64,000 nt of DNA, taken from assembly GCA_012295275.1 (NCBI GenBank), contig CM022666.1, positions 13,516,001 through 13,580,000 on the forward strand, written 5' to 3'. Shown one piece after another: positions 12,481-26,698 of the stretch (within the stretch, counting starts at the first letter, position 1; each line of letters starts with the position of its first letter). This DNA is from Chrysomallon squamiferum. Taxonomy: Eukaryota > Animalia > Mollusca. The notes under the pieces were generated by a model. That model searched no databases and had not been told where the DNA came from. It was given only the letters and a program-made list of their open reading frames with translations. The position numbers were made by a program, and so were the translations under genes.

Positions 12481-15400
12481 TTCTTTTAAATTTAATTTTT
12501 AAAATATTTTATATACTCAGTCAGAAATCTGGAAATGGTGTTAGGTTTAGTTACAAGGAAAGAAGGTACAGACTGTGTCTGTCCAGAGCTTTAAGAATAT
12601 CCATGAGATGTTTATTTTTTTACTTCTGGAACTTCAACTGTTTGTGGACAGTGATATGTAAAATCAGGTTCTCCATCAGTCATGGATGTTCTTGTTTTAC
12701 ACTGCAGTTTATGTAAATTATAATAATAAGATAATAATAATCCATTGTTTATTTTACAATGTGATGTAGTTTACACAACAATAAGTTAATGATAATCCAG
12801 TAAGATTATGCTGCAGCACATGCAACAGGACAACGATCTTGTAAGTGCAGTTTGTGGACATGTTAGAGTTGTGATCTCCAGTCTTAAGATCATCATCAAG
12901 ACAATACTTTGCTTCCACAACTGAAAATAGTATTTCTGCTGACAAATTCATTTAACAAAGTCAAGATTACTATGCTTAAGTCTTCCAGTTTTGTATCTTT
13001 CTGGTTTGGAGGAGATGGAGTTTTTTTTTTTTTTTTTTTTTAACCTTTCTCCAGTGTTGTCAATACTCTAGTTGAAGTATGATAATTAATTCCATAAGTC
13101 AGCAGGTTAAAAAAATGATGTGGCTGAAGACAATTACTTAAAAATGAAACTTTGTGCAGTAGCTCATACTTTAAGAACGTGTCATTACTCAGGTATATAT
13201 CTGTTAGTCACCAAGTGACTGACACACATTGTCTGAAATGTAAGTAACAATCTGTATTGTACTGATCTATACCGCACTTTTAACCTGTGCAGTTGTTAAA
13301 TTAAAAGCCTTGCAGAGGAATACAGAGATGTCTATCTAGTACCATCTCCAGCTGGATATACTTTATCTTTGATGTATTTTATCATTTAGCATGCATCTAT
13401 ATATTCTATTGCCCATGGGTTCCTCAACTAAATTTAATATCTTCAGACTTTTTTTTGATGACAAAAAAAAAGAAATGTATAAATATTACTTTTTATTGAG
13501 CAGTGTATAAGGAATACAGAAATATGGATGATAGCATTAAATAGATGTTTAACTGAAAGATAAATTAAAGCTAAAATATTGTTTATTATTTAGCATAACT
13601 GACAATTGTTAGATGTTTTATAAAGAATACATGAATAAAACAGTTTAACCTATCAGTGTTGCCAATAGGTTTTGTCTAATACTGTTAGACTAGTGTTTTT
13701 TTTTGCACATAGCGCATTATCAAAATTATAAAATATGCTGAGTGTATTGTTAAATAAAACATTTCTCTGATGTTTTGTGTTATAATTCAGAGTAACATGT
13801 GTTTGATATAAAAACAGGCATCAGAAAAGTTTATTAATAACGATTTGAATATGATATTTTTACAGCTTAATGTCAGCAATCAATCATTTTTGTTTATTGC
13901 CTGTTTCCAGGTGCAACAGATTTCATGGCATTGATTTTTGTTTATTTTACAGTGTGGTTAGTTAGTTAGCTGTGATGTTGATAAGTGCATTATAAAGGTA
14001 GTTACTTGTTAATGGTTATACAAGTATTCAAAAATGACAGTTTATGTTTTTTGGTTGTTCGGTTATTTCCATGTTAGCTTAAGTGCAATCTTCTGAATAA
14101 GTAGGTATGTGTTAAATGATTTGCATCTTTTGATTATATCTTACAGTAATTTATTGATTTTATTACTTATTTGCTTAAATTATTTTTTATTTTAGTTCAT
14201 CTTGCATTTCATTTTATTTAGTATTTATTCTTCAGTGATATTATTCAAGTTAAGAATTCATTTTATTGACTTAATGTTTTAATTTGTTTATTTATATTTT
14301 TACTGCCAGCTAATATATTAGTTTGTAGGGTTCAGAATTCATTCCATTTTTAATGTTTTATCTTCTTCTTTTTTTATATATTATCTTTTATTCTTCTTTT
14401 TTTTGTGGATCGATAGCTAGTTTTTTCGTAGATTTTAATCATGAAACAGGTGATAGATATTGAGAATTTCTGTGGGATGTAAGACAGTGAAATTCAAATG
14501 CAGATTAAAACATGATCATACCAACTGGATGATGTTATGTTACAATCTATAATAAAATTATTTTTTTTTAATTGAAAATGTTCACTAATCATTATCTATT
14601 TGTCACAAAAAATAGTTTATTTAATTATAAACATCATTTCATATTTTCACAACTTTATTTTATTATGTTTTATTTTAGTTATTATTATTGAGCTTAACAG
14701 TATAAAGGCATAACTTAAAACACAGACTGTTGAATTTTTTGCCAGATAATGTGATTTGTTACATTAAATTTTTTTTTATTATTTGAATACTACAGCTGTT
14801 TCTACTACTATTGCAACAACTACTACTACAAGATACAGTACTTCTACTGTTAATGCTGCTTCTAGTGCAGCTACATTACTATTACTCCTACTACTATTAT
14901 TACTACTGCTATGACAGTTACTATCACTAGCACAATAACTTCTATTGTAACATCTTCACGTTTTTTTCTTTTTAAATTTAAATATTTTTGTACATAAACC
15001 CAAATTAACAAGTAGGCATGTGTTATCAAGTGCATTTATCAAGAATATTATGTGATAAAATCTATTCGTGAATGTGGAGGGGCTACAAGTGTACACTTGA
15101 AATCAGCTGATTTCTTTCATCAGGTGGTCCAAGTGGGATTGTTTATTTATGTTTAGTCATCTGATAACTTTCTAGATAAATACTAAAATAGACAGGCATG
15201 TGTCATCTTTAAAACCACAGGCATGGAGCAGTCTTTCTGTTTAAAACGTAAAACAGGTAAGTCAAATGGGGTAATAAATATATAATACTAATGATAGGAT
15301 TAATTTGTAACCGGTATGAGGAAAAGAAGTAATATTTTATTTGTTTGGTTTTCAACGAGTTATTAATCTGCACGTCTTTACATGCATTTAGTTTAAAGAT

Positions 15401-16046
15401 TATACAGATAATGAAAGAAAACCAGCTGTAAACTAGTCAGTTTTCCCTTTATTATTGTTATTTTGTTACCTTTATTATTATTATTATTATCATCATCATC
15501 ATTATTATTATTATTTTTTTGTTATTAAATTTTTTTTTTTTTTTAATTTTTTTTTTTTAATTCTATATTTTTTTTTAAAGTTATTTATTTACTGATCAGT
15601 AGCAAATACATTTTTACATTCAATCTTCGCAAAAGGCAATAAAGAACATAAATGAATAAACTAGTTGGAGCCATTTCCTGTAATGGGAAATAGGGAAAAG
15701 ACCAATATAGGGTCAGTGTTGATATCAAGAATTAAATTTTTGTACTTACTGTTTTAAGTCTAAAGAACCTGTCTTACAGGATTAACTTACTTACTGAAAC
15801 TGTAAAACTTACTCTTTATTGAAATCAATAACATTTTAGTCTTGGGTTGCCATTAAACATAATTTTTTAACACTTTTATCTAGCAAATGTTATTTACTGA
15901 AATCATGTACATCATAGTCTTAGATCAGTTTATGATTTTCAGTTTATATAGAAATAATTGTAATCATTTTATCAAAATTAAAAGTTAATAATCCACTTAT
16001 AGATATTCGGTGTGATTTTTTGTTGTTGTTGTTGTTGTATATATCA

Positions 16047-16485
16047 TATGTAATAAATTCTCTGTGACTATGTGAATATTTACAATTTATTTATATCTAA
16101 TTTATAATTTTAAATGCATATAGATTTAATTTTCATCATTTTGTCAAAGTTAATTATCCAGTTCTAGAAAGTCTCTGTTGTATTTGTATGTAATATATTC
16201 TCTGAGACTATATCGGTGTGTACAGTTTATTTATATCTAATTTATAATTTTAAATTTATATAGATTTAATTATCATCATTCTGTCAAGAGTTAATTATCC
16301 AGTTCTAAAAAGTCTCTGTTGTATTTGTTTCTAATAAATCCTCTATGACTGTATCTATATATACAGTTTATTTATATCTAATTTTTAATTTTAAATTTTT
16401 ATGGATTTAATTATCACCATTCTGTCAGAGTTAATTATCCAGTTCTAGAAGGCCTCTGTTGTATGTAATAAATTCTCTGTGACTG
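16047..16485. repeat. ~140-nt tandem repeat, about 3.2 copies
   Basis: TATGTAATAAATTCTCTGTGACT-like unit starts at 16047, 16187, ~16328 and 16462. Confidence 0.9.
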
Positions 16486-18328
16486 TTGCACCGCACAGAA
16501 CAACATTCAGACTTGCTAGACCTGCCTGCACTTTCTGAACCTACTCGTCTTGGTGCTTTATTGAAAGGGGTGTGACTGATAGTGGTGGTAGTGCAGAAAA
16601 TTAACACATGTCACATGTGTAATGGTTTATGCAAGAAAGATCGTAACTGTTTATCAGTTAGGTATGATTTCTTTGTTGCTGTAATCATATAGGGTTTTTT
16701 CACAGAGTCATTTTGTGAGCTGTTTATTCTAAGACTTTTTAGTTCGCTGTTTTGATCTAAATAATGGATATTCTTTTTAAACATGTACAGGTATTTGATA
16801 TAAGGTGTGACACAGTGACAGTGTAAAGTTTATTAGTTCATTTATAAATATTTTGTTTGATTGTGTTGTAACATGTTGATGTTCATACAGTTATTATGTT
16901 CAATGATTTCTCCTCTATATAACAGAGGCTCTAGCAACACAAAAAAAAAAATAATAATGATTAAAAATATTGTGTACATTAAGAAAATGTTTACTGTTTA
17001 TGACTATGTGTGTTTTCTACAAATCAGAATGTTCTATCATTTCAGCTATTAAATTTTGTTTGTGGTTTGTCCGATTACTTGATACTGTTGTTAAAATGTT
17101 GTTAAAACATTTCAAATCATATAAAGTCTAAGGCAGAATTTTGTATTTTATCTGATTCGGTTAGCCCAAATCTCGGAACCACAGAACATTCATCATTGAA
17201 AAGGAACAGTTACAGCACAAAATGTATTAGCTATAAATCTATCAGATGGTCCATCCTTGACTCCAAATAGGTTCCCTGACTAGATCCAATAAATTAATTT
17301 CCTCATATCATGATTAGGAAAATATGACGCAATGTTTACTATTTATTTGTTCAGATCTGCTGCTACTGATCTAATAAGGTTCATTTACTAGGTTAACGCT
17401 TTGCTGTGTGAAATTATGTGACAGGTGAAATTTTGGGTTTGGCACTTTCTGTGTTCAGTTAATATCTTTGTTGTTCAGTGACGTCAATTTTGGTGTTAAG
17501 TCTTTGTCAGGTAAACATAGACTGTGTGAAACTGATTGGTAGATTCGTTATTGTTGTTGTTATTTTGAGAGTCACTAAATTTACTAAAATTATTTTGTAA
17601 AATGTAACTTTATAAAAATACATATTAATAAAAGTTTGAATAATACTGCCAAAATATAATATAAACTAGATTTTTAACACATATTTAAATATATACACAC
17701 ATCATCTTTCTCTGTGTGTATGTATGTATTTATGTATTTACAAAATCAATTTATATCAACAGATGTTTAAATTTTAATATGCTAATAAAAACCATTTGCA
17801 GAATTTACAGTATCTATGTTTATGTGTGTATGGGGGGGGATTTTGAGAGTATTTTAGTGCATGTTTTGATAATAACAGTTCGTTTTGCATCATGCATTAT
17901 TCAGATTATTGCATTTAGTATTCAGTTTAAAACAATTAATTATATTTTTTATTTGACTGTTCATTTCATTTGTGGTTTTAACACACATTTTATGTCTGGT
18001 TAGATATTTAATAATATAGATAGACTATTGATAGATATAAATATCTAACAGTATTTTCTTTTATATTTTTAGATGTCTTTTGATCAGCATTCTCACAATA
18101 CCAACCCTCCCTTGAAATAACTAACTTGTTCAGATCAATGCCCAAACAGACTGAGTAAAAAAAAAACAAAACCAAAAAAAAACAAGAAGAAAGAAAGAAA
18201 GAAAGAAGAAAGTGAAGAAGAAGGACAGGAGACAATGTAATCTGTGTCTGACCTCACTGACCTGACTCTCTGAGTATTAGCTCAGTCCATTTCCTGAGGC
18301 GTCCATCACGTTTGACAGCAAATGATGC

Positions 18329-18897
18329 ATGGTGTCACAGTTGGCGAGCATGCCACTCACAGCGCAGAAAACGGAGTCGCAGGCCAGCCACTCGACGTTG
18401 AAGTACCGCAAGACACAGACGTCGCCGCGAACCACTGCACTGACACTGTCACTACTTCGGTCGAAGCTGCAGTTGTTGTTGAGCAAGAAGAAGAAGAAGC
18501 AGCAGAAGAAGGTAAAGAAGAAGAAAAAGAAGAAGAAAAAAGAAGGTGCTGTTACAAAAGTTGTCGTAGAGGACTTGGCGCCGTTCACGGAGTATGTGAA
18601 CATGGATGCGTATCGAAGGGAGAGTCGTTCGTCTGTGGAGTCTGATGACAGTTTGGATGGAACCGAGGAGCAGTTGATGATGATGTTTAAAATGGGCCAG
18701 CACAAGCAGCTGAAGAAGTTGCTGCGAATCACGCCGTGGCCCGAAGATCATCTCATTCGACACTCTCTCTGGCTGTCACTCTGCAAGCATCTGCACAAGG
18801 CAGACGGCAACTTGTATGAAGAGATGGAGAAAGAACTGTTCAGTGAATCAGGTTAGTTTGGCTGTTTTTGTATTTAAAGAAATGAAACTGTAGTGGA

Positions 18898-18935
<38 letters not shown>

Positions 18936-20230
18936 GTGCATGTGTGTATATGCATGTGTATAGAGTTTGAGTAAATACATGTGTTTTGTGTATGTGTGTA
19001 TGCATGTATTGTATGTGAGTATATGCATATGCATGTATACGTATGGGTTTGTGCATTAATAATATAATATAGCTTCTGTTATCTGTCATGCAAAACTAAT
19101 TGCAACATTAACAGTGGTTAGAATGTTACAAAACTGAACAGAATGAGAAATTTAAATTACAATTGTTGAATCTGAAATACATCTACCTTTAAAATATTAC
19201 TATAAAATTAATTGTTTGACTTCAGTTCACTGAATGCAAATAGTTTATGCAGTGCTTCAGTAAACTGGCTTAGAAATTAAAATGTTATTCATAACAGAAA
19301 AAAAAATGTTTTAAGTATAAATAATTAAATTAATTAATTAATAAATAAATTAATTAAATAATATTAACAGTAATAATAATGTTCTCGAATGAAAATAACA
19401 AAAAACGTTAATATTTTTTAAACTGTATTTTGCATAATAACAAAGAAGGTTTTTTTTCATCTTTTATGAGTCACACACAGAGTAATAATGTGTATTTATG
19501 TAACAAATAAAAGTGACGTGCATGATTTGTTTTGTAGCATTTATAGCCTAATTATGTGAGTGAAAACATAAAATGTGAGAAGATTTATGGATTATTCTGT
19601 CATCAAAACGTCATTTCTCTTTTGAAAAAATAATGCACAAGTAAATAAAATAAAGCAGTATCAATTACATTTATTATGTAGTGGTTAGAACATAGACCTG
19701 AGATGTGAAGGTTTTCAGAATAATCATTATTTCTCAATACTGGCTATTTTGCATTAACCCCCAGTAAAAAAAAAAAAATGTATACATTATCTTAATACAT
19801 ACTTCTAAATCGATAAAACATTTGTGTATACAAAACATCTGTCGCAGCATGTTTTTCCTCTCATATTAATACAAATAAGTATGCATGCACTAAAAAAATG
19901 TTTACACATAATAGCTGACAAAACCTTCGCTAACAATAAAGGATAATGTAAGATTGTGTTGAGCTTTCATTCGTTCACGCCGTGGTTCAAGCTACAAAGC
20001 TGAAGGTTAAATCGTGACAGTATTTTAGACGTGCCTGACAGCTGAAAGAGAGAGTAAAGTACAAAGTGTTTGAGTACCTGACACTTTCTGTTTTCCTACA
20101 TCTTTCCTTCTTTGTCTTAAGCCTTTCTTCTCTTGCCTTGTACATGTAGCTCTAAAACATGTCCTGGAAATTACTTAGTATGTCCTTTAAATGTTAGGTA
20201 CACAAGAGATTATGTATAACTAACTACCTT

Positions 20231-20287
<57 letters not shown>

Positions 20288-20390
20288 TGAAAGTAATAAT
20301 AATGATAATATATTTCATTAATTAGTTAAACTGCACCTTTTCATCATTAAATAATAACCTTTAGTATTAAATACATTTTCATCTATTTAT

Positions 20391-20424
<34 letters not shown>

Positions 20425-23400
20425 ATATATATATATCATTGTGTGTGTATGTGTGAGTATGTACATGTGCATGTGTACATATGAAAGGATTCAATTTTAT
20501 TATTTTCTTTGTGTGTTGTATGTATATAAATAATATATAGCTATATTTTATTTAGGTGTGCATGCAAGTTTGTATGAATTATGAATACAGACATTGGTTT
20601 TGTCAAAATATATATGCTTATATATTTGCTTTTTTATTCTGTGTTTGAATTTAATTAAATCAACTTTAAGATACACATTGTCTTTATTTAAATTTTGTGT
20701 TTTAATGTTAAATTTTTACCTTCAATATTTTCAACATAGTAAACTTAAAATGCATCAGTAAATATAAAATGCTGTTAATGTAAGTGATATCATTTGTTAA
20801 TATCAGCTTACCAATGTAAATGATAGTATACCTTCACAAGAATTACTATTATTTATTATTGTATCAGTTACATCAAATTTCAATAAGTTTGAGGTACCTG
20901 AAACTGAAAACCCTTGGTATCATGTTCCAGTTATTTGATAATAATGTTGGGTCAACTAGTGTAGTTTAATGTGTCGTTGATAACCATACTTTGCTAATAA
21001 TAAAGTATGACAGTATAATAGTATAAAAGTGCTTGAGAATTCCAGGTGTTTAATGTCATTTTGTTTGTGGAAAGTTGAAAATACATTGATAAAATGGGAT
21101 TTGGCAATAGTTTACTTCAACTTTCTTGTCTTTTATTATTTCATTTCTTTCATTTTTTTTTATTATTTGGGATTTTATTTTAAATTTTTAAATTATTTTA
21201 TTTTATTTTATTTTATTTTATTATTATATTTTTTAATACAGTTAAGTACACACACTTATTTAGTTGATTCATACATTATACCATCAAATATTATAAACTT
21301 CATATTAGCATTGTAATTTAATTCTAATTTATAGCACTGGTGTTTTTCTAAATGTTAAAAGACAAAAAAAACAGTAGAGTTTTATTATTTCAGTTGTTAA
21401 TGTTACAGATACTGTATACTGTAGCAGTTATTACTAAGTTATATGTTTCCTGTGTTTACTGAGAAATTAGTGGAATTATTCCTTCATTACTCACCAACAG
21501 CACTACTGTTAGATAAGTTTTAAAACAGTTTAATTAAGTTCGTAAGAATAACAACCATATATGTAGACAAATTTACTACATTGCATACTCCAGTTTTACT
21601 TTGTTATGTACTGAATCTTATTTTAAAGGGTCATTAAATTTTATTTTCTGAATCATACTTTAATGCATACTCAAATTTACCTTTTTTTTGTTGTATATTT
21701 TCTGTTTTATGGCTAAGTGTAATGAAGCAGTAGAAGTATTTGTTCTCACACTGTTCATAAGAAAGACAATATATCAAAAGCTGTGTCATTCTGTGTGTGT
21801 TACATCCCTCTGTCAGGCCACGCCTAACTTGTTTTAAACATGAATGATTTCAATGTACTGTTACCCAGACAGCTCTCGAAGTTACAAAATCCTGTTGTTA
21901 TAGTAATAATCATAAAAAAACCAACAATAAAACTAACAATTATAATACAACCAATAGCAATAACAATAACAGTAATGATAATGACAAAACCATAATTATA
22001 AAGATGATACTGATGAAGAATATTTCTTAAACTTTTGATGAGCATTGTGTGTGTTTGCCTAATGGTTGCAATTTAGAATTGAGGATTTTAGCATAAGATT
22101 AAATGGCTCAAATTGATGTATGCCAGTTCTAGAAACCAGAATACTTGATGATAATGAAGACAATACAGTGTTGTTTCTTACAAAGACAGTGGCAGAATTT
22201 TTGTGCCAGATTAACTATTTAATGTTGCATTGAAATTTTTGTAAATATAATTTTAATGTTTTCTAAACATATTTTCTTCTACCAGACTTTTGACAGATTA
22301 ACTATTTAATGTTGTATTGAAATTTTTGTAAATATAATTTTAATGTTTTCTAAATGTATTTAATTTCAGACATGTCAGAGAAAATTCCTCTACCTGGCTT
22401 TTGTCTTACAAGTGCAATTTTGTAGTATTTATTTCTGCATTGAAATTTTTATAAATATAATTTTAATGTTTTCTAAACATATTTAATTTCAGACATGTCG
22501 GAGAAAATTCCTCTACCAGGCTTCCTGGATCAGAGTCACCTCACGTCGTACTACCTCTCAGAGCGAGGAGTGCACCTCATCGGCCGCATCATCACCATCA
22601 TCAACCACACCAACCCTGACATCACTTACAGCCCAGCCACATTTGCCATCTCGAGTCTTTTCTTGCATTACATGGGACCCTCGGAGACTTTCAACTGTCT
22701 GTACGCTCTGTTACACAGCAAGGACACCACTTACATTTCACAGACTAAAGTTTCTCTGGAAGCTTCCAAGTATGTTCTGAGGGACTTGACCAAGAAGTTT
22801 GCTGTACGTTTTTCTCTCTTAAACTTTGCTTTAAGTTTTTTTTTTTCTTAATGTTAAGCATAGATTTATATTTATTTTTTTTTATTAAAGTTAAGCATAG
22901 CTTTAAAAGTTTTTTTTCCTCAAACGTTGCTTTTAACTGCAGAGTTGAATGCACTTACAATATAGCTCTGGGGACACTTGAAAATAGTCTCAATAAATTA
23001 TGTTTATTTCCAAGTTCTTTTTTTTTTCCAAGTGTCTTTTCTAAGAGTAGAGTAAATCTGGCACATTTTTATCACATCCCTGACAGCAATATATTTCTAC
23101 TCCCATCAGCACATTTTGCCGAGATATATATCACTTACTTAACATTAATATGCCTGCTAACATTAATATAAGACCCAACATGATTTTTTTGCATTTTAAA
23201 ATGTATCAGACAATAGAGAATTCCACACACGAAGAGCCTGGGGGGAAATAATAACATTACCTTACATGGGTATCAACGAGTTAGACAGAGTGATGCAATG
23301 TAACGTTCACCTGTGTGTCACCTCAGATTTATTATGAGACATCTGTAAAGTACAACCTGTTGTAGAGTCAATGTAATACCGTATTACTTGTAGTAGGTTC

Positions 23401-24544
23401 TATAACTTTGTATGTCACAACAGTATCATGATGTAATATATTGTATAACTTTGTATGTCACAACAGTATCATGATGTAATATATTGTATAACTTTGTATG
23501 TCACAACAGTATCATGATGTAATATATTGTATAACTTTGTATGTCACAACAGTATCATACTGGAATATATTGTATAACTTTGTATGTCACAACAGTATCA
23601 TACAGTAATGCATTGTATAACAGTGATATCACATTGCATCTGCAAACAAATCTGAAAAATACATGTCTGTCCTGGTCCATTAAAATTCCATGAGTATGCA
23701 ACCATCTTCTACTAATTCAAAATAAATAGGACCTCTGTTTTTTTTTTTTTTTTTTATAATTACTGAGGATTCAGAATTGTTTTAAATAATAAATTTATAA
23801 TATTAGTATGCCCAAATAAAGTAGACTTTGTTATTTTGGAGGATGTAATGAATATTAAATTTGCATTTGTCAATTAATATTGTTTACTAAATTTTGTCTA
23901 CTGTTTCAAAAGCTGTATCTTTCTGTTATTCCTGTCTGGAAAAAAGAAAGAAAAAAACAACAGTTGCATCAGTTAAACCTTCATTAATACTAATATCATT
24001 ATACATGTTCAGGATCCTTTATCCGAAATTCCAAAATCCCAAAAGCTCAACATTTTTCCAAACAGCAGAAATGGTGATATCTTCCAGGTTTCAGATTGTT
24101 TTGTCACAAACTTCATTTTATGAACAAAATTATAAAAAAAATCTTGAAGACTATTTGTATGAGTTGAATATGAAATATAAATGGAATTTGTGCTTAAACT
24201 TAGATCCTGTTCTCAGGCTGTATCCTTTATATTCCAAAATTTGTCAGATTTTGAAATTTGAAATTCTTTGGATAAAGGATTTTCAGCCTCTATCATGTTG
24301 TGGATTTTGGGGGTTTTTTTGTTTGTTTTTTTCAAATTTAAATTTATTTTATTTTGTTCTTGATATGTGGTGTGTTAAAATGTAAAAATGCTATTTATTT
24401 ATTTATGTTTATTTTCTGGTTTCAGAAATCTGCCTACGTTCATCTTGTGAGACACAGTCAAAAATGTGGAAAACATTTTTGACAACTGGATCTGGTGGAT
24501 TTACAGAGATTTGCCTTTCTTTTTTTTAGTAAGTACCCCTAAGG

Positions 24545-24592
<48 letters not shown>

Positions 24593-26453
24593 GCAAAAAA
24601 AATAATAATAATAATCATGATGATGATTTTTTAATAATTAATTTTTATAATTATTTAAAATTACAAATATATATATAAAAAAAAAAAAAAAAAAAAAAAT
24701 ATATATATTTAACAGACTTGTTCAAATTTAAGATTCAGTTTCTTACACAACACAAAATCTTTAATGTTAAAACCTTTGGTGTAAACAGTTTTGTAAACAG
24801 ACCTTGACCTTGGTTTGAAAATAAACAAATAAACAAAATTAACTTGGAGTGCCAAGGCAGGTGACACAAACTGTGAGGTGTTTTTAACTCATAGCAGGTT
24901 TACAAAAATAGTTTTCACAGAAGTGATCACTGCTGTGTTTGCACTCCACATGTACACTCGAAGCTGTGACTGGACACTTGTCTGACCAGTGTCTATGTCC
25001 AGATTACACTGACCAGCTGGCCTCACTCCTCTCTTCTCTGTTGTGTATTTATTTATAATTTGTTTAAGTTTTTTGTGGTGAAGAGGCAGGAGGTTTAATC
25101 ACTTTTAATTGTTTCTAAAATTGGCTCAGGCTGGTTTGTCTCTGCTGAGGGATTAAGTTTAATCTGTGGGCTGTTTGTGTCTGTGTCTGTTTTAATCATT
25201 TGTTTGAGAGGCTGGTCTTTCCTGTTTAGTCCTGTTTACAAATATCAAGTTTGAAAAGCTTTCTAAGGAAGAAAAAAAATGTCCTTTTATTTATACTACA
25301 ATATAATGATAAAGTAATGAGCTATAAATTAATTTTAATTAATAATGATAATAATACTAAATCAATCATATTTGATTAGTAGGTTAAACAAATCTTTGTT
25401 TTATAGTTAAATTTTGTTTCAAATATACAATACATATAGATAACTTAAAATCAATATAGATAACTTAAAATCATTTCTCTTGGCATCTTTTGTATGAGTC
25501 TAGATTCAAGCAACTAAATGTACTTACATGCTTATACACACACATAGTTTAATATGTATCTTTATCATACAGAATTTGTGTTAAATTAGGATTTTTCTCC
25601 CAGTGACTCAGTCTTTTAAATTTCTAATCTTTGAGGATGTTGGAGAGTAATTTAATAAATGTTAATGTGTAACTATTGTGGTAATAGCAAATAGCTTAAT
25701 TAGTGTTTTATTTAGAACAGACCAAACTTCCCTAATAATAAAGTCTGCCAGTAATACGTCAAGTTTGTCATATCATATGTAGTAAATTATAACCATTGTC
25801 ATGTGTGAGTGAGTGAGTTAGTGAGTGTGTGTGTGTGCAACAATATCTATCTATATATATATATATATATATACAATTATAAATGATGAAATTCTTTCGT
25901 AACAGCTATAATCAGTCATAGTCAACAGACAAGTCATTGTGAGAGGTGACAGGATGTCCTCACTGATCTGAGGATACTTCGAGCTGTCTGAGTTAAGACA
26001 GTGAGGAATTAAGATGACTGATGAGGTTTTCTCTTTGCAGGTAAAGCTGACAGACTGTTTTCTGATGGAGGGTGTCAAAGTGCTGTACCGAGCTGTGCTC
26101 GCGATCCTCATACTCTACACCAAAACATCAGGTGTGTGAATCAATACTACATACATATATATATATATATAAACAGAGAGGGAGATAGAAAGACACGCAA
26201 ACAGACACATATTTACATAAAATTACACACTCGTAAACTTACACATATACACACATTGATACTGTCATATGTACATAAACACCATTACACACACACATAC
26301 ACACACACACACACACACACTCATTCACACACACACACTTAAAATTACACTCATACATATTTATTTACACACACACATTCATAAATATATGCGTATAAAT
26401 ACATACACATACACACTCACACGGAAGCACACACCATACATATATTGACAGAC

Positions 26454-26490
<37 letters not shown>

Positions 26491-26599
26491 GAGAGAGAAG
26501 GAAGGAAAATAAAAGATCTGGAATGGATAAAACCTATCAGAATTATTCCACATTCAAAACATAAAAATAGTTTCTATTTTAGTTGTTTTTTCTTTCACT

Positions 26600-26698
<99 letters not shown>

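Noticed and set aside
18277-18763. Antisense ORFs of 151 and 103 aa
   Set aside because: Shadows of the TBC1D24 coding exon, with no independent motifs.
21869-21880. Possible 12-nt micro-exon in TBC1D24 intron 1
   Set aside because: The acceptor is plausible but the donor (GTTACA) is poor; not supportable without RNA data.
23894-24385. 163-aa ORF
   Set aside because: Runs across a MITE from a TTG start, with no transposase motifs or splice support.
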